From: Terriglobia bacterium
GTDB lineage: Bacteria > Acidobacteriota > Terriglobia > 2-12-FULL-54-10
DNA: 64,000 nt
Direction of reading: 5' to 3'
NCBI GenBank assembly: GCA_963666975.2
Contig: CAXVYR010000004.1
Span: forward strand, 864,001 to 928,000
Below the pieces are notes generated by a model, which saw only the letters and a program-made list of their open reading frames with translations, made no database searches and was not told where the DNA came from. Made by a program: the position numbers and the translations under genes. Every line of letters begins with the position of its first letter. Position 1 is the stretch's first letter. This document shows positions 21,530 to 31,538 of this stretch, piece by piece.

Positions 21530-24159
21530 CACAGTACTTCCATATCCCGCCAGTTCGGTCCTACGGACACGTTGGCCACGAGCGGCACATCCAGGGCATA
21601 GACCTGCTCCATCCCGTCGCGCAGCACGGCGGCGGCCTGCTGGACTTGCTTCTCCGGCACCTCCAAGACCAGCTCGTCATGCACCTGCAGCAGCATGCGC
21701 GCGCCCGACTTCTGTTCCCGCAGGGCGCGGTCGATCCCGATCATGGCGATCTTCATCAAGTCGGCGGCGCCGCCCTGGATGGGAGTGTTGATGGCGGTGC
21801 GCTCGGCGAACTGCCGCAGCGAGGGGTTCTTGCCGCCGATATCCGGTATCTTACGCAGCCTTCCGAACAAGGTTCGCACCTGGCCGTCGCGGCGCACCTC
21901 GGCGAGAGTACTGTTGATGAACTTCCTCACGCCCTGGTAGCGGTTGAAATACTGGTCAATGAATTCGGCCGCCTCGGCCTGCGAAATCCCCAACTGTTGC
22001 GCCAGCCCGAAGGGGCTGAGCCCGTATACTATGCCGTAGTTGACGGCCTTGGCCCGGCGGCGGTGGTCTTCGTTTTGTTCGTCCGGCGGCACGCCGAAGA
22101 CCGCCGCAGCGGTCCGCTCATGAATGTCTTCTCCCTGGCGGAACGCTTCCACCAGCAGCGGATCGCCGCTCAAGTGGGCCAGCAGCCGCAGCTCGATTTG
22201 GGAATAGTCGGCGGCCAGCAACAGATATCCCTTCTCAGCAACAAAAGCGGCGCGAATCTTCCGTCCGAGCTCGGTGCGGATGGGAATGTTTTGCAGGTTG
22301 GGATTGCTCGAGGACAGTCTCCCTGTGGCGGTGCCCGCCTGGTTGAAGCTTGTGTGGAGGCGGCCTGACGCCGGATTCAGCAAGCGGGGCAGCGCGTCGA
22401 TGTAGGTCGATTTGAGCTTGGACAGTTGCCGGTATTCGAGCACGCGGCGCGGCGCTTCGTGGACGGCGGAGAGTTGTTCCAGCACATCGACGGCGGTCGA
22501 GAACGACTTGCTCTTGCCGGACTTTCGGGGAGCGGGCAGCCCCATCTTCTCAAACAACACTTCGCCGAGTTGTTTCGGCGAGTTGATGTTGAATTCCGAG
22601 CCGGTCAGTTTGTAAATCTCCCCCGTCAGCCTCTCGACTTCCCCTTCCACCCAGACCGAGAGTTTCCGCAACTGGGCTCCGTCGAGCTTCACGCCCCATG
22701 CCTCCATCTCCGCCAGGATGGGAGCCAGCGGCAGCTCGATCTCGTCATACAAACGGCGCAGGCCGGAGGCTTCCATCTCCGGCTCCAGCACTCGCGTCAA
22801 CTGACCGACCCAGTCGGCCTCCTCGGCAATGTCTCCGGAAAGTTTGGCGCCGAAGCGGCGCTCCACCAGGTTCGCCAGCTCGTGGCTGCTCTCGGTGGCG
22901 TCGAGCAGATAGGAATAGAGCATGGTATCGTGCCGCACGCCCTGCAAATGGATGCACTGGCGCTCCAAGGCGGCATGCGCCGACTTGGCGTCGTGGACGG
23001 CCTTCATACTGCGCGTATCTTCCAGCCAGGGCTTCAGCAAGGGCGTGAGCGCTGCGGGGATCGAGCGCCCCACCCCCGCCGCAGTTGACAGGGCCGCCGT
23101 CGTCAGATTTGCCGCCAGCAACTCCTCGCTGCGGACCGCCAAAGCTGTCGCCGGGTCCGGAGGAAGCCTGCTGATGAATTCCCGCACAGCGTCTTCCGAA
23201 GAAAGCTCCTGGTAATCTTTCCGTCCGGTGTCGGCGGAGGGAAGAAACTCCCGCAACAGGGAAGTGAATTCCATCTCCTGATAAAGCTCTTTCAGTTTTT
23301 CGCGGTCCGGCTCGCTCACGCGAACCGCATCGAGCGACAACTCGACGGGCACCTCGGTCTCAATGGTCGCCAGTTGCTTGCTCAGCAGAATCTGGTCGCG
23401 GTGATTCGTCAGGGCCTCCCGGTAGGTTTTCCGCGAGACCTCGGCGGCATGTTCCAGGCAGGCCTCGACGCTCCCATATTTCTGGATCAGCTCGCGCGCT
23501 CCCTTGGCGCCGATGCCGGGCGCGCCGGGGATGTTGTCCACCGCGTCCCCTTGCAGAGCCAGCAGGTCGGGGACCTGCTCCGGCGCGACGCCCATAATCT
23601 CGATCACTTTGTCACGGTCGCAGAGCAGGTCGTCCTTCATCGGGTTGATCACAGACACCCGCTCGCCCACCAACTGCAGCATGTCCTTGTCGCTGGTGAT
23701 AATCAGCACCTCCAGTTTCCGCGCTGCGGCCTGACGGGCCAGCGTGCCGATCACGTCGTCGGCCTCATATCCGGGATGGGCCAGCACAGGAACCCGCACG
23801 GCTTCGAGCAACTGGCGGATGTAGGGGAGCTGGCTGACCAGCTCATCCGGCATCTCCTCCCGGTTCGCTTTGTAGTCGGCAAAGGACTCGTGGCGGAAGG
23901 TGGGTCCCTCCAGGTCAAACACCGCGCCGACGTACTCCGGCTGGTAGTCCTGGAAAAGTTTCCGCAGCATGTTGTGAAAGCCGTAAACGGCGCCCGTGGC
24001 TTGCCCGGCGCGGGTGGAGAGGCGCGGCAGAGCGAAGTAGGCTCGGAAGATGTAGTTCATGGAGTCGATCAGAAACAAACGGACGGGGCGCGGGGAACCC
24101 TTGCGGCCTGGCTCGCCGCCGGGCTTGCTTGGTTTTATTGATTTTGCAGGAGGAGACAT
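21529..24159 (-). CDS. polA: DNA polymerase I
   Basis: 5'-3' exonuclease (FRAYF, YEADD, DKDMLQ, GDAVDNIPG) and polymerase motifs DYSQIELR, AKAVNYGIVYG and LLQVHDELV. Confidence 0.98.
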   Translation of the reverse strand: MSPPAKSIKPSKPGGEPGRKGSPRPVRLFLIDSMNYIFRAYFALPRLSTRAGQATGAVYGFHNMLRKLFQDYQPEYVGAVFDLEGPTFRHESFADYKANREEMPDELVSQLPYIRQLLEAVRVPVLAHPGYEADDVIGTLARQAAARKLEVLIITSDKDMLQLVGERVSVINPMKDDLLCDRDKVIEIMGVAPEQVPDLLALQGDAVDNIPGAPGIGAKGARELIQKYGSVEACLEHAAEVSRKTYREALTNHRDQILLSKQLATIETEVPVELSLDAVRVSEPDREKLKELYQEMEFTSLLREFLPSADTGRKDYQELSSEDAVREFISRLPPDPATALAVRSEELLAANLTTAALSTAAGVGRSIPAALTPLLKPWLEDTRSMKAVHDAKSAHAALERQCIHLQGVRHDTMLYSYLLDATESSHELANLVERRFGAKLSGDIAEEADWVGQLTRVLEPEMEASGLRRLYDEIELPLAPILAEMEAWGVKLDGAQLRKLSVWVEGEVERLTGEIYKLTGSEFNINSPKQLGEVLFEKMGLPAPRKSGKSKSFSTAVDVLEQLSAVHEAPRRVLEYRQLSKLKSTYIDALPRLLNPASGRLHTSFNQAGTATGRLSSSNPNLQNIPIRTELGRKIRAAFVAEKGYLLLAADYSQIELRLLAHLSGDPLLVEAFRQGEDIHERTAAAVFGVPPDEQNEDHRRRAKAVNYGIVYGLSPFGLAQQLGISQAEAAEFIDQYFNRYQGVRKFINSTLAEVRRDGQVRTLFGRLRKIPDIGGKNPSLRQFAERTAINTPIQGGAADLMKIAMIGIDRALREQKSGARMLLQVHDELVLEVPEKQVQQAAAVLRDGMEQVYALDVPLVANVSVGPNWRDMEVL

Positions 24160-24244
24160 TGGTTGCTTTTTTGCATCTCAACGGTTATCCGCAGGAGGTA
24201 TCGGCAGGACCTATCTTAGCAGGGGCGGGGAGGGAGGCAAAAGG

Positions 24245-24410
24245 CAGGAGTCAGGAGTCAGAATGGCTTTCCATCCGAGCCGCACGCGCCGGGTAGCCAC
24301 GGTAAATTGGAAGTTCCAATTTGCCGTGGGTTTGTAAATCCAATCCGAGCCGCGCGCGTAAGCAAGCGGTCAAAGAAGGTGCCAAGCGGTTAGTGATGAG
24401 TGATGAGCAA
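24245..24410. repeat. REP-like palindrome cluster upstream of polA
   Basis: CAGGAGT heptamers; GTAGCCACGGTAAATTGG-N5-CCAATTTGCCGTGGGTTTGTAAAT (second copy of the 21389 element); CCGAGCCGC x2; TGATGAG x2. Confidence 0.75.
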
Positions 24411-24451
24411 TCAATGATACTGCTGGCAGCATTCTTGTCACTCGACACTTA

Positions 24452-24788
24452 TCACTGAACACTGCTTTTTGTCCGCTCCATCAATTGCCGCTCGCTACGG
24501 ATCCCGTACAGCACTTGCAGCAGCAGCGCCCGCAGCAACTGCTCCGGAGGCTTCGACGGCCGTCCCCGCCGGGCGTAGAGCGTGTCAATATGCAAAGACA
24601 ACTCGGCCAAGACCTCGTCGGTCATCTTGCGGATCGCCCGCAACGGGTGATTCGTCGGAACTCGCTGATCCAGGTTGACGTAACTGAACATCGCTTCTTG
24701 TTGGTTTTCATCTCCGCGCATGCTACTTACATATCGCACTTGCCCCGGAAATGCACCCGGTTTCGGCTAGGTGCTTTTTCAGCAACCG
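24452..24788 (-). pseudogene. Truncated IS5/IS1182-type transposase (N-terminal DUF772 fragment) with probable left end
   Basis: MRGDENQQEAMFSYV...HPLRAIR...GRPSKPPEQLLRALLLQVLYGIRSERQLME, then a stop, with no DDE domain. GGTTGCTGAAAAA end-like motif at about 24788. Confidence 0.85.
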
Positions 24789-24885
24789 GTGAAGCCGCTG
24801 TCGTGATCCAGGTAGCGGATGTAGAACAACCCCATTTGCCCCAGCCGCTGGTCCAGTTCGCAAAGGAACAAGGCTCGCAAAAGAG

Positions 24886-25167
24886 TCAACTAGCCGGAAG
24901 CAGTCGAAATTGAATTTTGCAGCCGGTCGCTTCCGCGTATCTGCTGAGGCTGTTGACGCTGTGCAGCCGCTTTCCGCTCTCCAGACGGGCGACGGTCGAT
25001 TGTGTTGTTCCCATTCTTCGGGCCACCTCCGCCTGGCTCAAACCGGCCCGGCTGCGGGCAGCGATCAACTGCCGCGCGATGGCGAACTCGGGTTTCAGGG
25101 AAGCATAAGCCCGGCGAAATTCCGGATTGCGCAACCATCGTTTCTTGAGTTGCTTTAGAGTGCTCAT
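24886..25167 (-). CDS. XRE-family HTH regulator / HigA-like antitoxin (orphan)
   Basis: EFAIARQLIAARSRAGLSQAEVARRMGTTQSTVARLESG. Confidence 0.85.
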   Translation of the reverse strand: MSTLKQLKKRWLRNPEFRRAYASLKPEFAIARQLIAARSRAGLSQAEVARRMGTTQSTVARLESGKRLHSVNSLSRYAEATGCKIQFRLLPAS

Positions 25168-25231
25168 CGAATCCTCTTACAAGGTGTTTCCTAATCCAAG
25201 TTTTCCTCTACCGAACGACCTGCGCTTCTGC

Positions 25232-25330
25232 TGTCATTCCGAGCGCAGCGAGGAATCTGCTTGTTAATCCGGCAGCATGCTGGACGAGCAGATTCCTCGG
25301 GCCTTGAAAGCGTTGGCCCTCGGAATGACA
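25232..25330. repeat. Long imperfect palindrome (REP/MITE-like)
   Basis: TGTCATTCCGAG..CGAGGAATCTGCT ... AGCAGATTCCTCG..CTCGGAATGACA. Confidence 0.75.
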
Positions 25331-25508
25331 TGCTGAGAGGTTTTCGAATTGCGCGACGTGCTGTCTTTCCCATCTCCGTTTATCGCACTTTTGCGATAAT
25401 CCCTGAAACGGCTTTCTGCTGAATCATCGTCACAGACCATCGGCGCGGGGGTAGAATGTCGGTCGGACTCCTGTAAAAAGGGAAATCAAAGCACGGTAAT
25501 CAATTAGT

Positions 25509-27125
25509 TTGCCGAACACTCCTACCCCCGACCCGCACGCCTCCTCTGCCGCCGTGCATCGCCGCCGGATTTTCCTGCAATCGGCTGCGATTGTGGGGGC
25601 GAGCGTTTTTCTCAGCCGGGTGCTGGGCTTTTTGCGCGAGTGGGCCATCGCCGACCGCATCGGCTCCAACGCCACCACCGACGCCTACTACGCCGCCTTC
25701 ACCATCCCGGACATCCTGAACTACCTGCTGGCGGGCGGCGCGCTCAGTATTACTTTCATCCCTGTATTTCTGGAGTACTTCACCTCCCGGCGGGAGGAAG
25801 AAGGCTGGCGCGTTTTTTCGATTGTCCTCAGCGTCATGTCCGTTCTGCTTCTGATCCTGCTGGTCGTCGCCGAAGTGTATGCTCCTGTCTTCACGCACTG
25901 GATAGCGCCGGGATTTACGGCGGAGCAGCACCGCATGGTCACTCACATGACTCGCATCATGCTTCCCGCGCAGGCCTTCTTTTATATCGGCGGCGTGCTG
26001 AGCGCCGTGCAATACGCGCAGGGGCGTTTTCTGATCCCGTCGCTGGCGCCGCTGGTCTACAACGGGATGATCATTTCCTCTGGCATGCTCCTGGCTGACC
26101 GCTGGGGCATCGAAGCGTTTTCCTGGGGAGTGGTTGCGGGATCTTTGCTCGGGAACTGTCTCTTGCAGGTTTATGGCGTATCAAAATTCTTTCCTCGGTT
26201 TCGTTTCTCCCTCAACCTGCGGCATCCGGGCTTCCGCCAATTTCTCCGCCTTACGGTGCCCATCATGCTCGGGTTTTCTCTCATCTTCGTGGATGATTGG
26301 GCGATGCGGTGGTACGGTTCTTTTCTGGTTCCTGCCTCCATCACGTGGCTCTTTTACGGCAAGACGCTGATGCGGGTGGTGGTAGCGATATTCGGCCAGG
26401 CGGCCGGGGTGGCGACGTTTCCGGTGATGGCGCGGCTGGTGGCGGAAGAAAAATGGCCGGAGATGAAAGAAAGCTTGCAGGACGCTCTGCGGCACGTCAT
26501 CCTGACTATTGTCCCGGCCTCGGTCCTGATGGCGATCCTCAGCCGCCAGATCGTCTTTCTGCTTTTCTCCCGCACCCGCCTGCAGCTTGCCGACATTGAG
26601 CAAACCGCCCTGGCCATGGTGATATTTCTCGCAGGAGCATTTGCCTGGGGAGGGCAGGCTATCCTGGCGCGGGGTTTCTACGCATTGCGCAATACCCTCA
26701 CCCCTACGCTGATCGGCTCCGGCCTGGCGGTGGTCTGGCTGCCACTCTATGGGATGTTCGCAGAGCGGTGGCAACACCTGGGCTTGGCAGCCGCCAGTTC
26801 GCTCGGCATCGTGGTATACGCTGCTATCCTGGGCATCGTATTGTTCCGCCGTCTTAAGATTTCATTCCTTCCCCTGGGCTCCTTCCTGTTGCGGACCACC
26901 GCGGCATCTTCGGTGGCGGGAGGAATCGCATTCCTTCTGGAGCGCCGGCTGGAGGAGGCTGTGAGCTGGCAGTCGATGACCGGTTCCCTGGTTCACGGTG
27001 CGGCGGCGAGCCTTGCATTTGTGGCCAGCTTCTTGGCGCTGGCGTCGCTGGTGAAGCTTTTTTCCTGGGATAAGCTGCGTTTGGCATTCGCCGGAAAAGG
27101 TGGGCGCAAGCCGTGGAATATCTAA
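25509..27125 (+). CDS. murJ: Lipid II flippase MurJ (MviN)
   Basis: SRVLGFLRE, DAYYAAFTIPD, AGGALS and RGFYAL motifs, with many TM helices. Confidence 0.9.
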   Translation: MPNTPTPDPHASSAAVHRRRIFLQSAAIVGASVFLSRVLGFLREWAIADRIGSNATTDAYYAAFTIPDILNYLLAGGALSITFIPVFLEYFTSRREEEGWRVFSIVLSVMSVLLLILLVVAEVYAPVFTHWIAPGFTAEQHRMVTHMTRIMLPAQAFFYIGGVLSAVQYAQGRFLIPSLAPLVYNGMIISSGMLLADRWGIEAFSWGVVAGSLLGNCLLQVYGVSKFFPRFRFSLNLRHPGFRQFLRLTVPIMLGFSLIFVDDWAMRWYGSFLVPASITWLFYGKTLMRVVVAIFGQAAGVATFPVMARLVAEEKWPEMKESLQDALRHVILTIVPASVLMAILSRQIVFLLFSRTRLQLADIEQTALAMVIFLAGAFAWGGQAILARGFYALRNTLTPTLIGSGLAVVWLPLYGMFAERWQHLGLAAASSLGIVVYAAILGIVLFRRLKISFLPLGSFLLRTTAASSVAGGIAFLLERRLEEAVSWQSMTGSLVHGAAASLAFVASFLALASLVKLFSWDKLRLAFAGKGGRKPWNI

Positions 27126-29122
27126 AAGACCTGATTGTGATCTTCGGGCTGGCGGTCGGTGTTGTTGTGGTCTTCAGCCGCCTGCGGTTGCCTGCCGTCA
27201 TCGGTTATCTGGCGACGGGAACGCTGGTCGGCCCGCATGGCCTGGGCTGGATTGAAGGGACGGAGCAGGTCCAGGTTTTGGCGGAGCTTGGCGTTGCTTT
27301 GTTGCTGTTTACCATCGGGATTGAATTGTCCCTGGCGCATTTGTTTCGCATGCGGATTACGCTGTGGCTGGGCGGCGCGCTGCAGGTTGTCTGCACGGTT
27401 GCGCTGGTGGCGCTGGTTGCTCTGCCGGTATTGCCGTCCTGGAAACAGTCGGTCTTTCTGGGGATGCTGGTGGCGCTGAGCAGCACGGCGATTGTGCTGA
27501 AATTGCTTTCTGAGCGCGGTGAGATGGACAGCCCGCAGGGGCAGACGGTGCTGGGGATTTTGATCTTTCAGGACCTGTGTATCGTGCCCATGACGCTCCT
27601 CACGCCCTTTTTGTCCGGCGAAGCGGCTAGCGTGGAGGAAGTGGCCCTGGTGGCGGGCAAGGCCGTCTTGGTCGTGGGGGCGGCTCTGCTGGGCGCACGG
27701 ATCGTCGTTCCCTGGTTCCTCCGCCAAGTGGTCGCCACGCGGAACCGGGAGGTTTTCCTGCTGAGCCTTGTCCTGCTGTGCATGGGCACGGCCTGGCTAA
27801 CCGCGCAGGCCGGACTGTCGCTGGCCCTCGGCGCTTTTCTGGCTGGGCTGGTGGTTTCCGAATCCGAATACAGTCACCAGGCTCTGGGGGAAATTCTGCC
27901 GCTGCGCCATGCCTTCCTCGGCATCTTTTTTGTTTCCGTCGGGATGCTGTTCGACGGGCGAACTTTGCTGATAGCGCCCTGGAATATCGCTGTGGGGGTG
28001 GCCGCTCTGGTGGCGGGAAAAGCGGCGATCACGGCGGGCGTCAGCGTGGTGCTGGGCCATTCCCGCCGAGTCTCGCTCATCACGGGGCTGGGGCTGGCGC
28101 AAGTAGGAGAGTTCTCCTTCGTTCTGGCGACGGTGGGACTTGACTCCGGGGTCATTTCGGAACCTCTTTACCAGCTCTTTATCGGCGCCGCCATTGTTAC
28201 AATGGCGGCCACGCCATTCTTGTGGGGATTGTCGGCCCGCTTGTCCCAATGGCTCACATCCTGGCAGCCATCATGGATCGGCGGTTCCCCGGAGGCTGAG
28301 GAAGGCCCGGCTGCTTCGAGCGAATTGCAGGACCACGTCATCATTGTGGGATACGGGGTGAATGGGAAAAACCTGGCGCGGGTGCTGCGCCGTGTTCCTA
28401 TTCCCTATATCGTGGTCGAGATGAATCCGGAGATCGTTCGCACGGAGAGCCGGGAGGGCACCCATATCCTGTACGGGGACGCGGCCAACCGGCAGATCCT
28501 GGAGCGGGCTGGAGTGCAACATGCCCGCGTGCTGGTCCTGGCCATCTCCGACCCGTCCGTAACCCGCTATGCCACGGATACGGCTCACCGCTTGAATCCT
28601 GCGTTGCACATTATCATACGGACCCGTTACGTGAAAGAAATGGAGTCTCTGTTTGCTCTGGGAGGCAATGATGTTGTCCCGGAGGAATTTGAGACATCCA
28701 TCGAAATCTTCTCGCGAGTCTTGAGGCGCTACATGGTGCCACGGGATATTGTGGAGCGCAGCGTGCGGGAGATTCGCCAGGATAGCTACGAAGTGTTTCG
28801 CGGCTTGCGGGAACGGCACCGTCCGCCGGAGGACATTCGCAAGTTCGTGGCCGGCGTGGAGATGGAGATCTACCGCGTGGAGCCGGGATCCCCGCTGGCA
28901 GGCCACTCGCTCGCCGAAACGAACCTGCGCGGAAAAACCGGAGTGATGGTGCTGGCCATCCAAAACAACGAGCAGGTGCAGCCGAATCCCGATCCGGGCA
29001 CCGTCTTTTCGGAGGGCGATGTAGTTATGCTGCTCGGAACCCTGGAGCAGATCTCCAAGGCGGCTACGTTGTTCGGTGGTGTGCCCGCCGCGGGGTCAGA
29101 AGAAGCAAGTCCCGAAGCATAA
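27113..29122 (+). CDS. CPA2 cation:proton antiporter (KefB/KefC/YbaL-like) with TrkA-N and TrkA-C domains
   Basis: LFTIGIEL, SSTAIV, FQDL, AQVGEFSFV, IVGYGVNG and a C-terminal TrkA-C domain. Confidence 0.92.
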   Translation: MEYLKDLIVIFGLAVGVVVVFSRLRLPAVIGYLATGTLVGPHGLGWIEGTEQVQVLAELGVALLLFTIGIELSLAHLFRMRITLWLGGALQVVCTVALVALVALPVLPSWKQSVFLGMLVALSSTAIVLKLLSERGEMDSPQGQTVLGILIFQDLCIVPMTLLTPFLSGEAASVEEVALVAGKAVLVVGAALLGARIVVPWFLRQVVATRNREVFLLSLVLLCMGTAWLTAQAGLSLALGAFLAGLVVSESEYSHQALGEILPLRHAFLGIFFVSVGMLFDGRTLLIAPWNIAVGVAALVAGKAAITAGVSVVLGHSRRVSLITGLGLAQVGEFSFVLATVGLDSGVISEPLYQLFIGAAIVTMAATPFLWGLSARLSQWLTSWQPSWIGGSPEAEEGPAASSELQDHVIIVGYGVNGKNLARVLRRVPIPYIVVEMNPEIVRTESREGTHILYGDAANRQILERAGVQHARVLVLAISDPSVTRYATDTAHRLNPALHIIIRTRYVKEMESLFALGGNDVVPEEFETSIEIFSRVLRRYMVPRDIVERSVREIRQDSYEVFRGLRERHRPPEDIRKFVAGVEMEIYRVEPGSPLAGHSLAETNLRGKTGVMVLAIQNNEQVQPNPDPGTVFSEGDVVMLLGTLEQISKAATLFGGVPAAGSEEASPEA

Positions 29123-29186
29123 TCGCCGGTGAAAATCTCGTTCTGTGCCCTGAGCTTTCCTGTATTTCTTGTCTGCCTCTGACCGC

Positions 29187-29939
29187 TTATTCCGGGATTC
29201 CGAGAGGCTTGCGGGCGACCACGTTGACTTCCGAGGTCAGCCGGGGGCAAAGCTTGCCCCAAGCGGCGTTCAAACGGTAATACCATCGCCAGTTTTCGAG
29301 CGGCAAGTAGCGTCCGGCAGATAAAAAACGGAAGCCGCGGATGTCTTCGATCTGAAAGTTTCTGAGCAAGGCTTGCAGTGAGGGCAGGGTGAAAAAGGAT
29401 ACGTGACCGAACCGTGCTGCCAGCATTTCCGGGCGTTTTTTGGGCACCAGCAGCGGGACCAGGTAGATGCGCAAGAGCCGCGTCAACCACACGCAGATCG
29501 GGACGCCCAAAATGAACAGGCCGCCGGGGCGCAAAACCCGCAGGATCTCGGAGGCCATCTTTTCCGGGTGCTGCAAGTGCTCCAGGATATGGCTGCTGAC
29601 GACGATATCGAAGCATTCGTCCTGCCAGGGCAAACTGTCGGCGAGGTTCGCGCGGGCGAGCCGGGCATAGCCCCTCTGCCGTGCGGTCTCCAGGCTGGAA
29701 TGGCTCACATCGGCGCCGCTAAATTCAACGTCCGGGTAAGGGCCGTAGAGAATCAGCCTGCCCTCGCCGCAGCCGGCATCCAGAAGTTTTAAGGCCTTCT
29801 TTTTCGTTCGGGCTTCCCGGCGAATGAAGTCCGCCATGGCAGGATAGCGGGCCAAAGTAAGGCGGTATTGGCAGGAAGAGAGTTCGGCGCTAAACGCCAG
29901 GATGTTGTCTTTTCTTGGCAAGTTGGAAAAAATATTCAT
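29187..29939 (-). CDS. Class I SAM-dependent methyltransferase
   Basis: LLDAGCGEG, FDIVVSSHILEHL and RVLRPGG motifs. Start uncertain. Confidence 0.85.
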   Translation of the reverse strand: MNIFSNLPRKDNILAFSAELSSCQYRLTLARYPAMADFIRREARTKKKALKLLDAGCGEGRLILYGPYPDVEFSGADVSHSSLETARQRGYARLARANLADSLPWQDECFDIVVSSHILEHLQHPEKMASEILRVLRPGGLFILGVPICVWLTRLLRIYLVPLLVPKKRPEMLAARFGHVSFFTLPSLQALLRNFQIEDIRGFRFLSAGRYLPLENWRWYYRLNAAWGKLCPRLTSEVNVVARKPLGIPE

Positions 29940-30207
29940 CTTCACTGCCGGGAGGCAGCAGCTATCATAGCGGCCTTTCTCAGCGTTGCACAGAAAAACC
30001 GGCAGCGACCGTACTTTCAATCTGACGTTTTTCAACAACCTCCTAACCGGGCAATCTTGGATTGGGTATAATAGGCGTTCTTTTTCATTAACGGTGGCGG
30101 AGCACACAGGATTTTTTGCGAAACTGCTGTGGGACAAAGGGTGGTTACGCAGGACCGAGTGACTGGACGAAACTCAGGTTTGCGGAAATAAATAATCGGG
30201 TGAAGCG

Positions 30208-30999
30208 ATGGATCTAGGATTGAAAGACAAGACAGCGCTGGTTTGCGGCGCCAGTTCCGGGTTGGGCAAAGCCGTCGCCATGGGCCTCGCGCGCGAAGGC
30301 GCGCGGGTGGCGGTATGCGCGCGCACGGAGGAAAAGCTCGCGAGGGCGGCTGAGCAGATTCGCCGGGAAACCGGCGCGGAGGTCCTGGCCGCCATCGCCG
30401 ATGTAAGCGTTCCCGCCGAGGTCAAGAAGCTCGTGCAAAAGACAGTCTCCCAATTCGGCAAGCTCGACATTCTGGTTTCCAACGCCGGCGGTCCGCCTTT
30501 TGGGTATTTTCTGGACCTGCCGGAGGAGTCCTGGCAGCAGGCCTTGGAGTTGAACCTGCTCAGCACGCTGCACCTGTGCCGGGAGGCGGTTCCTCACATG
30601 AAAGCCGCCGGAGGGGGCCGCATCATCAACATTACGTCTTTCGCCGCCAAGCAGCCTCAGGACGGCCTGATTCTTTCCAACATGGCCCGCGCCGGCGTGC
30701 TGGGCTTGGCCAAGTCACTGGCGAATGAACTGGCGCCGCACAACATTCTGGTGAATACGGTCTGTCCCGGAGCCATCGAGACCGAGCGGCACTTCGCATT
30801 GGCCGAGCGGCGCGCGGCGAAAGAAGGCGTGCCGGTGGAAAAGGTCCTCGAGACCCGTACCCAGGAGATTCCGTTGCAGCGGGCCGGAAAACCGGAGGAG
30901 TTTGCGGACCTGGTGGTTTTTCTGGCCTCCGAAAGGGCCTCCTATATTACGGGCACCGCTATTCAGATTGACGGCGGAGTGGTCCGCTCCCTGCTCTAG
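30208..30999 (+). CDS. SDR family oxidoreductase
   Basis: GASSGLG, SNAGGPP, SNMARAG and ASYITG motifs. Confidence 0.93.
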   Translation: MDLGLKDKTALVCGASSGLGKAVAMGLAREGARVAVCARTEEKLARAAEQIRRETGAEVLAAIADVSVPAEVKKLVQKTVSQFGKLDILVSNAGGPPFGYFLDLPEESWQQALELNLLSTLHLCREAVPHMKAAGGGRIINITSFAAKQPQDGLILSNMARAGVLGLAKSLANELAPHNILVNTVCPGAIETERHFALAERRAAKEGVPVEKVLETRTQEIPLQRAGKPEEFADLVVFLASERASYITGTAIQIDGGVVRSLL

Positions 31000-31026
31000 G
31001 CAGAAAAGCAAGGGAAGCAAGATCGG

Positions 31027-31082
31027 GGAGTAAGCAACCAGAAGTTAGCAACCCAGGAGTAAGTAACCAGGAGTAAGTAATA
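31027..31082 (+). repeat. 14-15 bp tandem repeat x4 containing SD-like GGAG, directly before the VOC start codon
   Basis: GGAGTAAGCAACCA GAAGTTAGCAACCCA GGAGTAAGTAACCA GGAGTAAGTAATA ATG. Confidence 0.8.
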
Positions 31083-31538
31083 ATGATTAAACCCATCCAA
31101 GTCGCTCATGTGAATCTAAACGTCACGGACCTGGAGCGGTCCGAGAAGTTCTACACTGAGATCATGGGGTTCCATGTTTCGGGAAAGGTCGCCGGAGCCA
31201 TCGCATGGCTGAACATGGGTCAGTACAAACCGAACGACAGCCTGGCCTTCCACGATCTGGCTCTCTTTCAGGTCCCCCACGGTCTGCCGGACAATTATCG
31301 CAAGCGCGCCGGACTCAACCACGCGGCCTTCCGATTAAGCTCCGCCGAGGAGGTCGACCGCGCTACGGAGTTTTTGAAGTCTAAAAACGTGAAGGTGCTC
31401 AAGGGGCCGCTCACCCACTCAGAAGACCAGGACCGCTACGTTTACTTTGAAGACCCGGACGGCAACGTGCTGGAGCTGGTCGCCTCCACTTTGGCGGGAT
31501 ATCCCCACGAGTACCTGCGGAAGGAGAGCGGCGCTTGA
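31083..31538 (+). CDS. VOC/glyoxalase family protein
   Basis: HVNLNVTDLERSEKFY, GLNHAAF and YFEDPDGNVLEL. Confidence 0.9.
   Translation: MIKPIQVAHVNLNVTDLERSEKFYTEIMGFHVSGKVAGAIAWLNMGQYKPNDSLAFHDLALFQVPHGLPDNYRKRAGLNHAAFRLSSAEEVDRATEFLKSKNVKVLKGPLTHSEDQDRYVYFEDPDGNVLELVASTLAGYPHEYLRKESGA

Noticed and set aside
22700-23200. Degenerate 3'-5' exonuclease domain of PolA as a novelty
   Set aside because: Loss of proofreading residues is common in many bacterial Pol I lineages.
30023-30046. IS end-like motif TTTTTCAACAACCTCCTA
   Set aside because: Resembles the end motif at about 24780 but is in the same orientation and has no transposase; too weak to call an element.
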